Positions 51,382-64,000 of a stretch of DNA of 64,000 nt are shown piece after piece. How positions within the stretch are numbered: position 1 is the first letter of the stretch; every line of letters begins with the position of its first letter. This DNA is from Heterodontus francisci. Its lineage: Eukaryota. The stretch lies in contig NC_090383.1 of NCBI RefSeq assembly GCF_036365525.1, positions 86,107,123 to 86,171,122 of the forward strand, given 5' to 3'. Both the position numbers and the translations under genes were made by a program. Below the pieces are notes generated by a model, which saw only the letters and a list, made by a program, of their open reading frames with translations, made no database searches and was not told the DNA's origin.

Positions 51382-51827
51382 TATTTTTGCTGAAGATGCC
51401 CCTTTCCAGTATTAATACTCAGATCTGAGTGTGCGATTCCAGTGCTTTAAAATATTTTCGAAATCACGGATCAAATAATTAACTTAAGGGTAGAATTTTA
51501 GTATTTTGCACGTAGCATTTCAAAAATTATGGAAAAGCACAGAATTATAAATTGCTGTCATTTATAAATGAGATACAGGCTAACACTTAACTGAGTGGGA
51601 ATGCAAAGTTGATTCTACAAGAGACGTATTTGATAATGAAATTCTTTTAAGTGGTACAAGTTGACATTTGCCAAAGTCCTTGGAACATGAACATGTTGCA
51701 TCCCAAATGCTCATCTTTCCTGCAACTCCATGTTTGAAAGTCTTCAGTCAGATTTCCATCCATGTCACAACACTGAAATGGCCCTTATCAGAGGCACAAA
51801 TGACATCCTATGTGATTGTGGCACGCA

Positions 51828-52180
51828 CCGCACAGTGGCGCAGTGGTTAGCACCGCAGCCTCACAGCTCCAGGGACCCGGGTTCGATTCCGGGGACTGCC
51901 TGTGTGGAGTTTGCAAGTTCTCCCTGTGTCTGCATGGGTTTTCTCCGGGTGCTCCGGTTTCCTCCCACAAGCCAAAAGACTTGCAGGTTGATAGGTAAAT
52001 TGGCCATTATAAATTGTCACTAGTATAGGTAGGTGGTAGGGAAATATAGGGACAGGTGGGGATGTTTGGTAGGAATATGGGATTAGTGTAGGATTAGTAT
52101 AAATGGGTGGTTGATGTTCGGCACAGACTCGGTGGGCCGAAGGGCCTGTTTCAGTGCTGTATCTCTAATCTAATCTAAAC
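51828..52180 (+). mobile_element. HE1-like V-SINE nested in an L2-like remnant
   Basis: Same family, (CTAAT)n tail. Confidence 0.85.
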
Positions 52181-52844
52181 CTCCGCAGCCTTCTGGACCT
52201 GCTCCAGCCGTTGACACTGTTGACCACACAAGCCTCCCCTCGTGCCGCCTCTTCCATTGTCCAGCTGGGTGGGACTGACCTCGCCTGGTTCAAATTTCTA
52301 TTTGTCCAGTTGTAGCCATAGAATCCCCAGCAATGGTCCTGTACGGTTACTTCTAGAGTCCCATAAGGATCCTTTCTTGGCTCTTTTCTATTTCTCATTT
52401 ACATGCTGCTCCTCCGTGACATCACCTGAAAACCCAATGTTCAATTCCACATGTATGTTGACGTCACCCAACACTACCTCACCACCTCTCCAGACCCCTC
52501 CACTGCCTCTCTTGTCATGTTGCTTGTCCAACATCCAATATTGGACAAGCAGGAGGGTCTCCCATTTAAATATTGTGAAGTCTGAAGCCATTGTCTTGGT
52601 CCCTGTCTCAAAGTCTGTTCCTTAGCCATCGACTCCACCTCCACTATCTGAGGTTGAACCAGACTGTTGGCAAATGGCATCCTATTTGACCCTGAGCTGA
52701 TTTTCCAGCTTCATATCCCCCCTCACCAAGAGCACCAACTTCCACCTTCATAACATCACCAATCTCTGCACTTGCCTCAGCGCATAGGCTGCTGAAATCC
52801 TCACCATGCTTCTTATTTCCAGCTGGTTATCCTATCTCACCATG

Positions 52845-53147
52845 TTAGCTGGTGAAACTTAAATTCAATTAATTAATAAAAGTCTAGAATTAAAAGCTTG
52901 TCTCAATAATGGTGCCATGAAGCTATCATTGATTGTTGTAAATCCCATCTGGTTCACTAATGTCCTTTAGGGAAGGAAATCTGCAGTCCTTACCTGGTCT
53001 GGCCTACATGGGATTCCAGACCTATAGCAATGTGGTTGAATTTTAGCTGCCCTCTGAAATGGCCTTGCAAGCCACTCAGTTGTGAAGAGCAATTAGGGAT
53101 GGGCAACAAATGCTGGCCTTGCCAGCGATGCCCACATCCCCTGAAAG
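52845..53147 (+). mobile_element. tRNA-derived SINE, family 2 (5'-truncated)
   Basis: Core plus full tail gcaattagggatgggcaacaaatgctggccttgccagcgatgcccacatccc. Confidence 0.8.
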
Positions 53148-53415
53148 AATACTGTTCGCTTAGCTGTCCTACCACCCTCCATAAGCTCTTGCACCAATTC
53201 CCATTCACCTAACACCCCTGTGCTTGCTGACCTACAGTGGTGCTCGGTCCGGCAAAGCCTTGAACCCTCTGAGATCTGTGCACTCCTTCAATTCTGGGCT
53301 CTTGCGCATATTCGATTTTCATCACCTCACCATTGACTACCATGCTTACAGCTGCCTAGGCCATAAGTTATGGAGTTCATTCCCTAAACCTCTCTGCCTA
53401 TCTGCCTCTCTAAGA

Positions 53416-53762
53416 TTTTTTTTTATTTCCAAAATATACTTTATTCATAAAAATCTGTAAAAATTACATTGCCAAACAGTTTCCAAACAGCACCAAAAAA
53501 TACAAACATTGCAAGGGAGATCAGTTTCCTTCAATACTGTCATGAGTTTCTTCCCAACCCTTCCGTTTCACAATTGTCATGTCAATTACAGTTTTACATT
53601 TACAGCAATTGAGAATATTAACGATACAGTTCGAGGGGTTTCCCATTGATCCAGCCCCTCAGTCCAGCTTGGTGGGGGAACCTTACACTGTGGTCTTCCC
53701 CATTGAGCCTTTGCTGCGGCTGCCCCAAGCTTTAGTGCGTCCCTCAGCACGTAGTCCTGGAC
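53416..53762 (-). mobile_element. Tx1-like LINE 3' end
   Basis: Reverse complement of 56397-56740. Confidence 0.85.
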
Positions 53763-54416
53763 CTAAAACCTTCCTCTCACCTGCTCTGATATCTCTCAAT
53801 GTGGCTTGGTGTCAAATATATTTGATCGTGTTCCTGCAAAATAACATGGGGCATTTTACTATGTTAAAGGCGCTAAATAAATTAGGTAATAGTTAAATAT
53901 TTTGAAGTATCCATGTGAACAACAGAATCTCTTAATGATATAGAAGGGTGTCTTAATATCATGTTAGTTGAACAGTGTATGTGATGGGCACTGAATCTGC
54001 ATAACAGAGAAGTTTTGAAGGGTGGCGGGGGGGGGGGGGAATAAACTCATCATGTCATAAGATAGAACATTGTACTACAAGTTAAAAGTATAAGCAATCT
54101 AATATGGTGTGAACTGGATTGCTACTGATCCTGCTTTATTAGCACTATTGTGTTTTTACAGTGATAACCCTGTTTTATAAGAATTGTATTAATACAAAGC
54201 ACAGTATTAACCTACTGCTAAAGTGATGTGCTTAGCCACAAACCTAATTAGTGTTAAGTAAACATTGAGTGAGGTCAGAATTTAATTACTCTTCAGACCA
54301 GAGGTCAGTTGGCTTTTTTTAAAAAAGCGCGATTGGTAAAATCGGTCAGGGGTTGCATATATATAACTCCTGTGTCAATTGAAAGTATTAAATTGCTGGG
54401 GGATCTTTGTATCTTG

Positions 54417-55664
54417 TGTTACAGCCAGGTGAGAAGTGGGTTGGGGGTGATGGGGGGGGGGGGGGGGGGTGGTCACAGGTTCTCCTCTTATTTGACCGCA
54501 ACAGGGTTTATTCCTTTTAAACAATGGTTGTGCTTACTACCTCAGTGAGTGTTTTACCTTTTACCTTTAATGTGATCGTGCAAGAAGCAGTCGGACAGGT
54601 TTTCTTGAGTTTAAACAAGCGGTGAATTTATTATACTTTACAATCTAAACCCAATCTAAAGAAAATAATAAAAAAAAATGCTACACATTTGCGCACATAT
54701 ATGAAAATCTCACACATAGAGTGAAAAGTAGATTTTGTGGTTGGATTAGAGTCCAGAATAAATGGAAATTAAATACACATTCTGTGAAGTTGGATGATTC
54801 TGTGATCTTCTGGATGAAGTTGTATCCTTGAAATCTTTGGCTAGTCAAAATGCACTTTGTGACTGGTCTGCTTGGCTGAGGGCTTTCTTGGAGGAAGACT
54901 TGTAGGTGGCTCTCTTCCCCTGGGCTCTATCTGTACCAATCTATGCTTGGAGGGTCCACAGTCGCCGACGGTTTTCAAACTTGTGTTATTTGGAGAGAGA
55001 GAGAGAGAGAGGGAGGCAGGCACGCACGCAGCCTTTCTGCTGCTGTACAGTCATTAAATCCATTCAAGAAGGAGATAGATATATTAATGCCAAAGCGATC
55101 AAGGGATATGGGGAGAAAGCGGGAACAGGGCACTGAATTAGATGATCAGCCATGATCTTTTTTGAATGGCGGAGCAGGCCCAAAGGGCCGAATGACCTAC
55201 TGCTCCTATTTTCTATGTTTGAGTTACTGGCTTGACTCCCTTTGTTCAAGGAAACTCTCAGCTTTCACAGAGATGGACAGACAGTCACATGGCTGACTCT
55301 GTATTCTCTGGGACCTTCTAATGAGATTCAAGGTTCCGAATTGGCTCCCCAGGCACCTGGATGCCAGTATTTACACTTGGAGGGGTTTGCTCTTTCAAAG
55401 TCAAGGTGTTAGGATTGTCGTGAATGTCGTGCTAATGAAGCAATTTTAGGTATTTTAATCACTTAGAGCAAACCATTGTTCTGGGTCCATGCTTCTCAGA
55501 CCACTGTCTCCTGTTGGGCCTTGAAATGTGAAAAGGTGTTTCAGATGCAAATTGTGGTGGCCATCTTGACTGCCAGTTTTTTTCAAAGGTAACTACTGCA
55601 GGACTTTTAAAAGTTTAATGTAAGTTTCCAACCAATGAATTAATATTCCTTATTTGGCATATCA
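54417..55664 (-). mobile_element. Solo LTR with a nested CR1 tail (about 55050-55220)
   Basis: TGTTAC...GGCATATCA, flanks cttg / cttt, collinear with 25110-27428. Confidence 0.75.
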
Positions 55665-55910
55665 CTTTTCTTGATACTTGCAAATGAGTGCTTTTGTTTA
55701 TTTTTTTTACAAGTATGTCATTTGATAAATGATGGAGAGGATATGCATGCGATGTTATGACCAGATGAGGAAGAGGTCTAGGGTTCCCTTTCAGCCTTCA
55801 CCTGGTCTTACTGTAACAGGGTTTAATTTTAAACACACTGTTTTTAGCTCCCTCTTGATTGTCTATTGATTCCTCAACGAAATGCTTCTCCATCATAATG
55901 GCCCCACCCC

Positions 55911-56740
55911 TACGGGAAAAGGAGACGGGGGATCCTGTCGGATGGTTCCCCGAGCAGACCGCCAAAGGCATTTGGCGGAATGCCTCATCACCAGAACTTT
56001 CAAACAAGCACCAAGATGTAGCTTGGCTGGTGGTGAGAAGGGCCCTCCCTGTCAGATCCTTCCTGCACGCCCAAAGTCTCGCCCCCTCCGCGCAATGCCC
56101 CCGCGGTGGCTGTGGTGGGGAAGAGACGGTTGCCCACCTCCTCCTGGAATGTGTCTTTGCAAAGCAGGTGTGGAAAGAGATGCAGTGGTTTTTGTCGAGG
56201 TTCATCCCAAGCAGCTCTGTAACAGGAGTCTGTGCTCTACGGGCTGTTCCCAGAGACGCACACCGAGACAAACATCAACTGCTGCTGGAGGGCTATCAAT
56301 TCGGTGAAAGACGCCCTTTGGTCTGCCCGAAACCTGCTGGTCTTCCAGCGCAAAGAGTTGTACACCACCGAATGTTGCAGATTGGCACATTCCAAGGTCC
56401 AGGACAACATGCTGAGGGACGCACTAAAGCTTGATGCAGCCGCAGCAAAGGCTCAATGGGGAAAGCCCACAGTGTAAGGTCCCCCCACCAAGCTGAACTG
56501 AGGGGCTTGACCCATGGGAAACCCCTCCAACTGTATCGGGAAAATTTTCATTTGCTGTAAATGTAAAAATGTAATTGGCATGACAAATGTGAAATGGAAG
56601 GGTTGTGAAGCAACTGATATTGTATTGAAGGAAACTGATCTCCCTTGCAATGTTTGTATTTTTTGGTGCTGTTTGAAACTGTTTGGCAATGTAATTTTTA
56701 CAGATTTTTATGAATAAAGTATATTTTGGAAATTAAAAAA
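55911..56740 (+). mobile_element. Tx1-like LINE 3' fragment with poly(A) and 14-bp TSD
   Basis: zf-RVT-like CPRGGCGGEETVAHLLLEC. AATAAA then an A tail. AATGGCCCCACCCC repeated at 55897-55910 and 56741-56754. Confidence 0.9.
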
Positions 56741-57664
56741 AATGGCCCCACCCCAAGTTACAGAACCTTTTAAGCAAGATTCCTGCAAGTGCGCTTGCTC
56801 ATAAGCTCTCTTCAAATTACGGCCAGATTTTCAGGCTCAATCATTTTTCTGGTGTTTTATGAAATTTTATTTAGCACTTTTAAAATTTGTTAATGTATGG
56901 ACTGTATCTTTGCATTTTTATAGCATGAGTATAAATCATTATTAAACATTGAAAAGCCTTCCCGATTGCGGGTTCTTAAATGTGCTGTGCCTAAGATTGT
57001 GGAAGGCGCTATGCAAATGCAAGTTCCTGTTTCTTGTACTGTTAACTTCTCTGTGGTCTGTTGCAACTCTTGATCAAGTAGAATTAGGACTAGCAGTACC
57101 GGAGTTGGGAATCAATCATGTTTGTTTGGCAATTTTATCTTCCTTTATTTTTAAAGCCCAGAATACACATGAAGACGGTAGGGAAGATGTTTCAGATTGC
57201 AGGTAGGTAGGAGATATGAAGTAGTATTAGATGGGTGGGGGGAAATAGAGGTTCTGTCACACGTTTTAGTAGTTTTACGGTCTGGGAACAGCGGGTTAAG
57301 GAGTGGGGAGGGTGTTAGGGAATTGTGAATAGAAAGCTTTTGAGGGGCCTGAGACTAATGGTATTGGTGTGTTAGGGCTTGGCAACTGTGGGATGGTTCT
57401 CGGTTTGGCAATGCAGGCAGCGTGGTGTTGGGCTATAAGAGGAGTGAATTTAGGTATCTTAGCTTAGGAAGTAGTACTGGGATGTTCAACAACATTGGTT
57501 CTGGGAAAAATGCCAAGATCTGGGAAGGGAATTATAGGATCTGGGAATACTGGAAGGAGGGTCCTAGTTTGGGGATAGGTGTGTGGTCAGAGTGGAATTG
57601 CTGAGATCTCCATATATGGGACTGGTAGCAGGGATTTTGATGATATGGAAAGAGTATTCAATGT

Positions 57665-59790
57665 ATCCTAGAGCCCACCTCTAGCTAAGCTGTCCCAGTA
57701 CAGCTACAACTCTGGCATCTGCCCAACAGTTTGGAAAATTGCCCAGGTATGTTCTGTCCACAAAAAGCAGGACAGTCCAATTCGGCCAGTTACTGCCCCA
57801 TCAATCTATTCTTAATCATCAGCAAAGTGATGGAAGGGGTCATTGACAGTGCTAAAAAGCAGCACCTGGTCACCAATAACCTGCTCACCAATGCTCAGTT
57901 TGGATTCCACCAGCACCACTCGGCTCCAGATCTCATTACAGCCTTGATACAAACATGGACAAAAAAGCTGAATTCCTGAGGTGAGGGTGACTGCCCCTGA
58001 AACCAAGGCAGCATTTGATTGAGTATGGTATCAAGGAGCTCTAGTAAAATTGAAGTCAGTGGGAACCAAGGGAAAACTCCATTGGCTGGAGTCACAAAGG
58101 AAGAAATTTGTGGTTGTTGGAGGGCAATCATCTCAGCCCCCGGAAATCACTGCAGGGGTTCCTCAGGGCAGTGTCCCAGGCCTGACTATCTTCAGCTGCT
58201 TCATCAATGACCTTCCCTCCATCATAAGATCAGAAGTGGGCATGTTGCTGATTATTGCATGATGTTTAGTTCTGTTAATAACTCTTCAGTAATGAGATAG
58301 TATGTGCCCACATTCAGGTTTGGGCTGATAAGTGGCACACAATTGACCATCTCCAACAAAAGACAGTCTAACCACCTCCCTATGACATTCAATGGCATTA
58401 CCATCACTGAGTCCCCCACCATCAACATCCTGGGGCTTACTGTTGACCAGAAACATAGCTGGAACAGCCACATAAATTCTGTGGTGAGTGACTCACCTCC
58501 TGACTCCCCAAAGCCTTTGCATCATCTATAAGACACTAGGGCTGGAATCATCTGCCGCTGCCGAAGTCGGTGGCGGGTGAAAGAAGCGGCACCCGGCCTG
58601 TGTTGGCCACATGTCGGTGAGCCGCTGCAATCTTCAGTGCGGTGGCTCGTTTGAATGGACCGGGCAGCTGCCCCCCCCTCCCCCACAGAGCACGTGTAGG
58701 GGACAGCCCGTCTGTCAGTGTCAATGGCATCAGCTGCCTATGTGCAGGCGCTGATGCCATTTTTAAAGGGCTTTGAGTCTTCTGGCCTATTTGAGGATAC
58801 AATAATAAAAACAGTTAGAAGCAGTACCTTTGGCCCTCTCCACGCACGCCCACCGCCACCCCCGTGACCATAAAATTGAATGGTTGCCCTCTCCAGCCCA
58901 AAGCACTTTCCATTTTCAAATGACCTTCCCCCCGCCCCCAAAGTACATAACCTGTAAACTTTACCCTTTCCCAACATCCCCTTCACCAATGAGAAGACTT
59001 TATTGCTGCCCTCCCGCCCCCCTCACAGAAAAACTGACCTGCTCGCCCACTCCTAACCAGTATGGTGCCTTGATTCCCCGGATGGGGATCGATAGGTATG
59101 GGAGTGCCGGCCATCAGCACAAAGATTGCAACGGGGGCGGAGATGGGCTTGCACTTAACTCGGGTATGCAAATAAATATAAATATTTAAATGCTGGGACG
59201 TCGACAAGCAGCGGGGCTGCCGCCATGAGGCCTCTCCGCCTCCGTGAAGATCGGGCCCAGCCCTCACCGGGTCGGGGATGGGCCTCCTCCGGAACGATCT
59301 TCAGGCCTCCCCCGCCACAGATCCCGGCGTTTGGGGGGAACTAAATTCAACCCTAGGAGTGTGGTGGAATACTCTCCACTCAGTCACACTGTCTAGGACA
59401 AAGCAGCCTGCTTGATTGGTACCCCATCCACCATCTTAAGCATTCACTCCCTCCTTTGGACCATGTATAAGATACACTGCAGCAACTTGCCAATGCTTCT
59501 TTGTCAGCACCTCCCAAAGCCGTGACATCTATTGCCTAGAAGGACCAGGATAGCAGGTGCCTGGGAATGCCATCACCTGCATGTTCCCCTCCAATCACAC
59601 ACCATCCTGACTTGGAAATATTTTGCTGTTCCTTCATCATTGCTGGAGTCAAACTCCTGGAACTTCTACCTAACAGCACTCTGGGAGTACCTTCACCAAA
59701 TGGATTTCAGCGGTTCAAGAAGGTGGCTCATCACCTTCTCGAGGGCATTTCGGGGTGGATAATAAATGCTGGCCTTCTCAGCGATGCCCA
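57665..59790 (+). mobile_element. LINE family B, RT region to 3' end, split by a MITE
   Basis: Collinear with 20540-21950 (YCPINL..IISKVMEGVID, GVPQGS). Confidence 0.85.
58539..59353. mobile_element. Harbinger-like MITE, related family, opposite orientation
   Basis: Ends GGGCTGGAAT ... AAATTCAACCC with TA(G) flanks. Internal gccatttttaaagg block. Interrupts a LINE. Confidence 0.65.
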
Positions 59791-60276
59791 CAAATACAAA
59801 AAGGGGGCGGGAGTATAAGTATCCCAGTAGTATGGGAGAGTTGCAAGATTGGGGGTCTGTTAATCTTGGTGGTGAGGAATATTGGGATAGTTCCAGAATG
59901 TGTGAGCAGTCAGGTGGGTGGAGGGTGGGGGTTCAGCAGGATGGTTTCTTGTGTCTTTGAGTTTCGGGGGAGTCATATGATTTGAGACGTTTTGGAGGAT
60001 GGCCCTGTGACGTATTGGGAAGAGAATTTTAATGTTGGGGAGATGGTTGTGTGATGCAGTAGCATTGGAGGGGGTTAGAGTTTGGTAGGGTACTGCACTC
60101 GAGTCTGGCAGTATTGCAGGGGCTAATGTCTAGCAGGATTGAGGGGAATGCAGAAGAAGCTTCCTCTGGTTTCCAACTGTGCCCCTTTTGGGCCATCAGG
60201 ACTTGTGGAATGATGTGCTCGGTGTCTTTTGGTTCTTTCAGTAAGTTTAAAGTATAAAATGTATCATTATACATTT

Positions 60277-60500
60277 AGTTAGCCATGCTGTACCGCTTTT
60301 CTGGTGGAGATTTTATTCCTTAAGGGATTATGAATTAGTTCTTTAAATGTTTGCCATTGCTTATCTACCATCCTATCTTTGAATCTAATTTCCCAATCTA
60401 CCTGAGCCAACCTTCCCCTCATACCTCCATAATTTGCTTTGTTTAAATTTAAGACCTTAGTTCCAGACATCACTCTCAAACTTAATATGAAACTCTATTA
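60277..60500 (-). mobile_element. CR1-like internal fragment
   Basis: LNLNKANYGGMRGRLAQVDW...QWQTFKE. Confidence 0.7.
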
Positions 60501-61206
60501 AGTTTGAGTACTAATTACTGCCTACCAATGGCTCAGCTGTTTCTGCTGCAGATTTTTACAGGATTGAGTCATCTTACTTTGTATGTCCCTGTTAATTCAG
60601 TACATTCCCTTACTTGGCATGAGCTTCATTGCAGGAGATCCAGTAGTCTGTGTTTGATTTTAGACTTTCTAGCAGGTGGCCGTTTCCCTTAGTGCTTTTG
60701 ATTACTATCAGCATAGTGTCAAATTGGTGCCATCAAAGCCAGCTTCCCAACCTTTTTGGTCTGCAGCACCACAAAAAGTATTACTGCAATGTGCACATGA
60801 TTGTTGGGCGAATGCCACTCATTTTCGTTGTGCCTCTTTCTCCTTGTTTGCATATTTTTTACAACCCATCTGAAATGCCAAAGTTATTGACTTTTTAACT
60901 TTTGCCACCCAGCCATCTCTGCTGCAAAACCTGGCCCAGATACACAGCAGCTCATAAGAAACATATTTACAGAGTCACTATTTGCAGTACCTTTGGAATT
61001 CTGAGAGCATTCACCCTTTTTAATGCATAATAGATAGTGGGACAGCATTCTCCATTATTATATCTCTGGCAGGAAATCTGGTGAGGCAGTAAACCATATC
61101 CTTGGTTGTTTGGTATGTACAAAGCCATCAAATGGACTACCTCCAGTGTATTTGCCAAACACTGTTTCTTGAATTTAGGAGCTGTTGAATGATAATATTG
61201 GTGGAA

Positions 61207-61360
61207 CTATCCTAGATATCTAAAATCCTGGAACCCCCTTCCTAACACCATTGTGGGTATACTTACACCATATGGACTGCAGAGTTTAAGAAGGAGGCAA
61301 TTAGGGAATGGGCAATAAATGCTGGCTTGCCAGCGGCGCTCACATCCCATGAGCAAACAG
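61207..61360 (+). mobile_element. LINE family B 3' tail
   Basis: aaatcctggaac...ggcaattagggaatgggcaataaatgctgg. Confidence 0.7.
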
Positions 61361-61494
61361 AAAAAAAAGTGATAAACAGTTCCATCAGCCAGTGATTTCA
61401 TTAAATTTGAATAAGATGTCAGTGCTTTTTGTCAAAGGTTTCTCATTTTTAGTGGGGGGGGGGGGAGAAGGATTTTAATATTATTGTTCTATGG

Positions 61495-62013
61495 CATTGC
61501 CTGGAGAGAGAGAGAGGCAGACGAGCCCCCACTTCGGTCCTGCAGTGGTCAAATTCGGTGCTTGTCTGCTGCAGAAAGAAGAAACTGCCCGTTTTCACGC
61601 AGATGGAGAGACTATCACATGATTGTCCAGTGTATTCTCTCTTTTGCATCTTAATTAGTTCAAGTCTTAAGAATTCCAATCTCTCTCTCTCTGTCCCTCG
61701 GGGTCCCATTGTTTCAGTGTTTACCCTTTGAGATTCGTCTCCATCGGTGTTAATGTACCAAGATGGCTTTGAATGTCTTGTTAGTGGAGGAAAAGCTCAT
61801 TCAAATTTGCAAACCACTGTTCTGGTGGGAGATTAACCAGACATTCGTCTCCAGTTCGATACCTTGGTATGCGAGGTATTTGAATGCAAATTGCGGTTGC
61901 CATTTTAGCTGCTTTCTTTTAAAAGTTTAATTCAAGTCCTTTGTCTCCTGCTTCCTTTTTAAAGTTTAATTCAGATTTCCAACCGATAGATTAAAAAAAC
62001 ACTCGGCATAGCA
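61495..62013 (-). mobile_element. Partial LTR of the same group
   Basis: cagatggagagac..tcacatga, ggctttgaatgtc, gcaaattgcggttgccattt, ends ggcatagca. Confidence 0.6.
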
Positions 62014-62029
62014 TGTGTTCATGACAGTA

Positions 62030-64000
62030 AGGCGATCTGGCAGGGGAAGAAACCTCCCATGATAAGTGGTCTTTGATCCTGTTCCAGGTAGGTTTTGAGT
62101 AAAATGGCTGTAACCAATTATAGAGCTTCAGGCCAGGGAGTGCGTCAGCTCCCATTCGGCTGGTGGTGAAGGATAAGGAAGGAGGTGCATCTGTTGACCG
62201 TATCTTTTTCATTAAGAAAACCCTTATTGATTGCTGTGGATTCCAAGCTGCAGACATCTTCTGCCTGCAGGACTTCACCAGCAGTGGATATTTCAACGTG
62301 ACGTTCAAGAACGTGGCGGGATGCATCAAGTTCCTGAAGGTCTTCAAGGAGAAGGGAAACCAGGCACCACTGTCGATCTCACAGTGGAGCTGTTCTTCAT
62401 GCTGCCGTCGCAACGTGACCGGGTGGTGACAATTCAGCTCTGTAACCCCCAGGTTCCTGTCATTGATGTACTCACCATCCTTGCCAGGTATGTAGAGGTG
62501 GCCGGCAGCAGCACAGATGTCAAGGACCCATTTGGGATTTGGACCAGCAAGCGGCAGGTCAAGGTGATCTTGAAGGTCGATGCCAACGGAGCCATCATCC
62601 GTCCTCCCTCCAGCTTTGCTATCGGGGGAAGTCTAGGCTTGTTGGTCTATGCGGGGCAGCCCAGAGTTTGTCGCATCTGTGGCAAATCTGGTCACGTGGC
62701 AGCTAACTGCAGCACAGTCATCTGCAAGAACTGCAAGAAGGAAGGCCATCAGACCAAGGACTGTAAGCAGAGTAAGTGCGGCCACCTCTACAAAACCTGC
62801 CCCAAAAGCTGACTCAGTTATGCTCGGACGGCAAGGTCCAAGGAAAGGCCAGGAGAAGGAACGGTGAATGCGTCTGGTGCTGGGAAGGAGACAAACAACC
62901 CTCTCCGCAGCGAGGAAAGTCTACCTGAGAAGGAGAATAAAGGGGAGGCAGCTGGAACCAGCAACCCAACACCTACCCTGTGCTCGGAAATCCCTCCTCT
63001 ACAGTCAGAATCAATGAGGAGGAGGCAGCAGGTGGACAAACTGGTCAGTGGAAGTGGTACTAAGGAAAACCTCAAAGAAAAAACTTCCAAAAAAGGAACA
63101 GGCCACCACCCAAACCAGTGGCAAGAGGAGGCTCCCGTCTTGAAACAGACTAGGGAAGCTCCTCCTCATTGGACGAGGAAGGGCCGGAAGGACTACACCC
63201 GCAAAAGAAGCGGCAGAAACTAAAGGAGCTGGAAGGTAAAGCCCCCCAGCTCCAGGGCACCAGAAGCTGTGATGGGCCCAGCGTGCCCCAAACCCAAAGT
63301 GCTGAACCCAGCGACATGCCCAGCGTACCCCAGCTCCAGGACACCGAGAGCAAAGAAGTGTCTGGCGCACTCCAGCTCCGGGAAGCCGGGAGCAGTGATG
63401 TCTTTGAGGAGGAACAGAGGGGAAAGACACCAACAGCAGAGGACAGCCCAAGCCTTGCTGCCTACAAGACCCGCCCCTCCCCCCATGTCACCCCAGCAGA
63501 ACAAATCCCCCCATGAGAAACCAGGAGGGGTTTCTGAGCCCAATGAATGTGAAACAGCTTGCGTACACTATGGGTATGCAGGAACATACCCAAGGACTGG
63601 GGCTAGCGAGGACAACTGGTGTGGGAAGCAACAACTAACTTTAAAATGGGTATAAAGATTACTTTGATTAACGTGCATAGCATTAAATCCACTACGTGAT
63701 GTGTTTCAACCTTGGACTACCTCGCCAAGGTCAAAGCTGACCTGCTGCTTCTGCAGGAGTGTGGAATGCCACACCTCAGCACCTACAGGCAATGGTCGCG
63801 ATGGTGGTCCCATCGATCTGGTCAGGGGGTAATGATTCCCGTTCCTCCGGCCTGGGTATTCTGCTGCGGGGAAGCAATCTCACCATCTCCAAAGTTAAGG
63901 AGGTGATAGGCGGCCGCATCCTCATAGCAGATGTAATGTACAACAATGCTCTGCTCCGGTTGATCAACGTGTACGCCCCGGCTCAATGCATTGAGTGACT
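62030..64000 (+). mobile_element. Tx1-like (L1 clade) LINE, 5' part: ORF1 with CCHC knuckles and start of ORF2 endonuclease; decayed; runs off window
   Basis: YAGQPRVCRICGKSGHVAANC...CKNCKKEGHQTKDC. ORF2 ATG at 63646 (MGIKITLINV..., in-frame TGA), then LLLQEC, SSGLGILL, LINVYAP. Confidence 0.88.

Larger units (their letters stand above)
51690..53412 (+). mobile_element. L2-like LINE remnant with two nested SINEs
   Basis: FESLQSDFHPCHNTEMAL, then RT-like sequence and a 3' region like the reverse complement of 31786-32502. Confidence 0.7.

Noticed and set aside
55859-56434. 191-aa ORF
   Set aside because: Chimera of flank and frameshifted Tx1 ORF2 C-terminus.
62231-62812. Zinc-knuckle ORF resembling host ZCCHC3
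   Set aside because: Frameshifted and followed by an APE-type ORF2; it is Tx1 ORF1, not a host gene.
1-64000. CRISPR array, rRNA or prokaryotic operon/defence system
   Set aside because: No regularly spaced repeat-spacer array or rRNA-like sequence; the window is intron-containing vertebrate DNA.

Overview
Eukaryotic genomic DNA, most likely from a shark or other elasmobranch (inferred from HE1-type V-SINEs, CR1-group LINEs and chondrichthyan-type Penelope ends). Two complete protein-coding genes lie on the minus strand. PRPH2 (peripherin-2/RDS) has 3 exons, 18629-18049, 17829-17583 and 13233-13003, giving 352 aa. TBCC (tubulin cofactor C) is intronless, 30549-29461, 362 aa. A CpG-rich promoter at about 47.2-49.3 kb, with a candidate non-coding exon at 48006-48126, is probably the 5' end of BICRAL. 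The AT-rich start of the window may be the UBR2 3'UTR. Both of these calls rest only on the human order UBR2-PRPH2-TBCC-BICRAL. The rest is dense, nested, mostly decayed repeats: 12 HE1-like SINEs, a second tRNA-SINE family, two CR1-group LINE families, L2 and Tx1 LINEs, Gypsy-like LTRs, Harbinger-like MITEs and Penelope-like fragments. The most notable structure is a 1.24-kb Penelope-derived palindrome (25862-27103) with a minimal hammerhead-ribozyme motif in each arm; smaller hairpin or back-to-back versions lie in PRPH2 intron 2. I found no convincing wholly new system. Coordinates were read by eye, and repeat boundaries are approximate.
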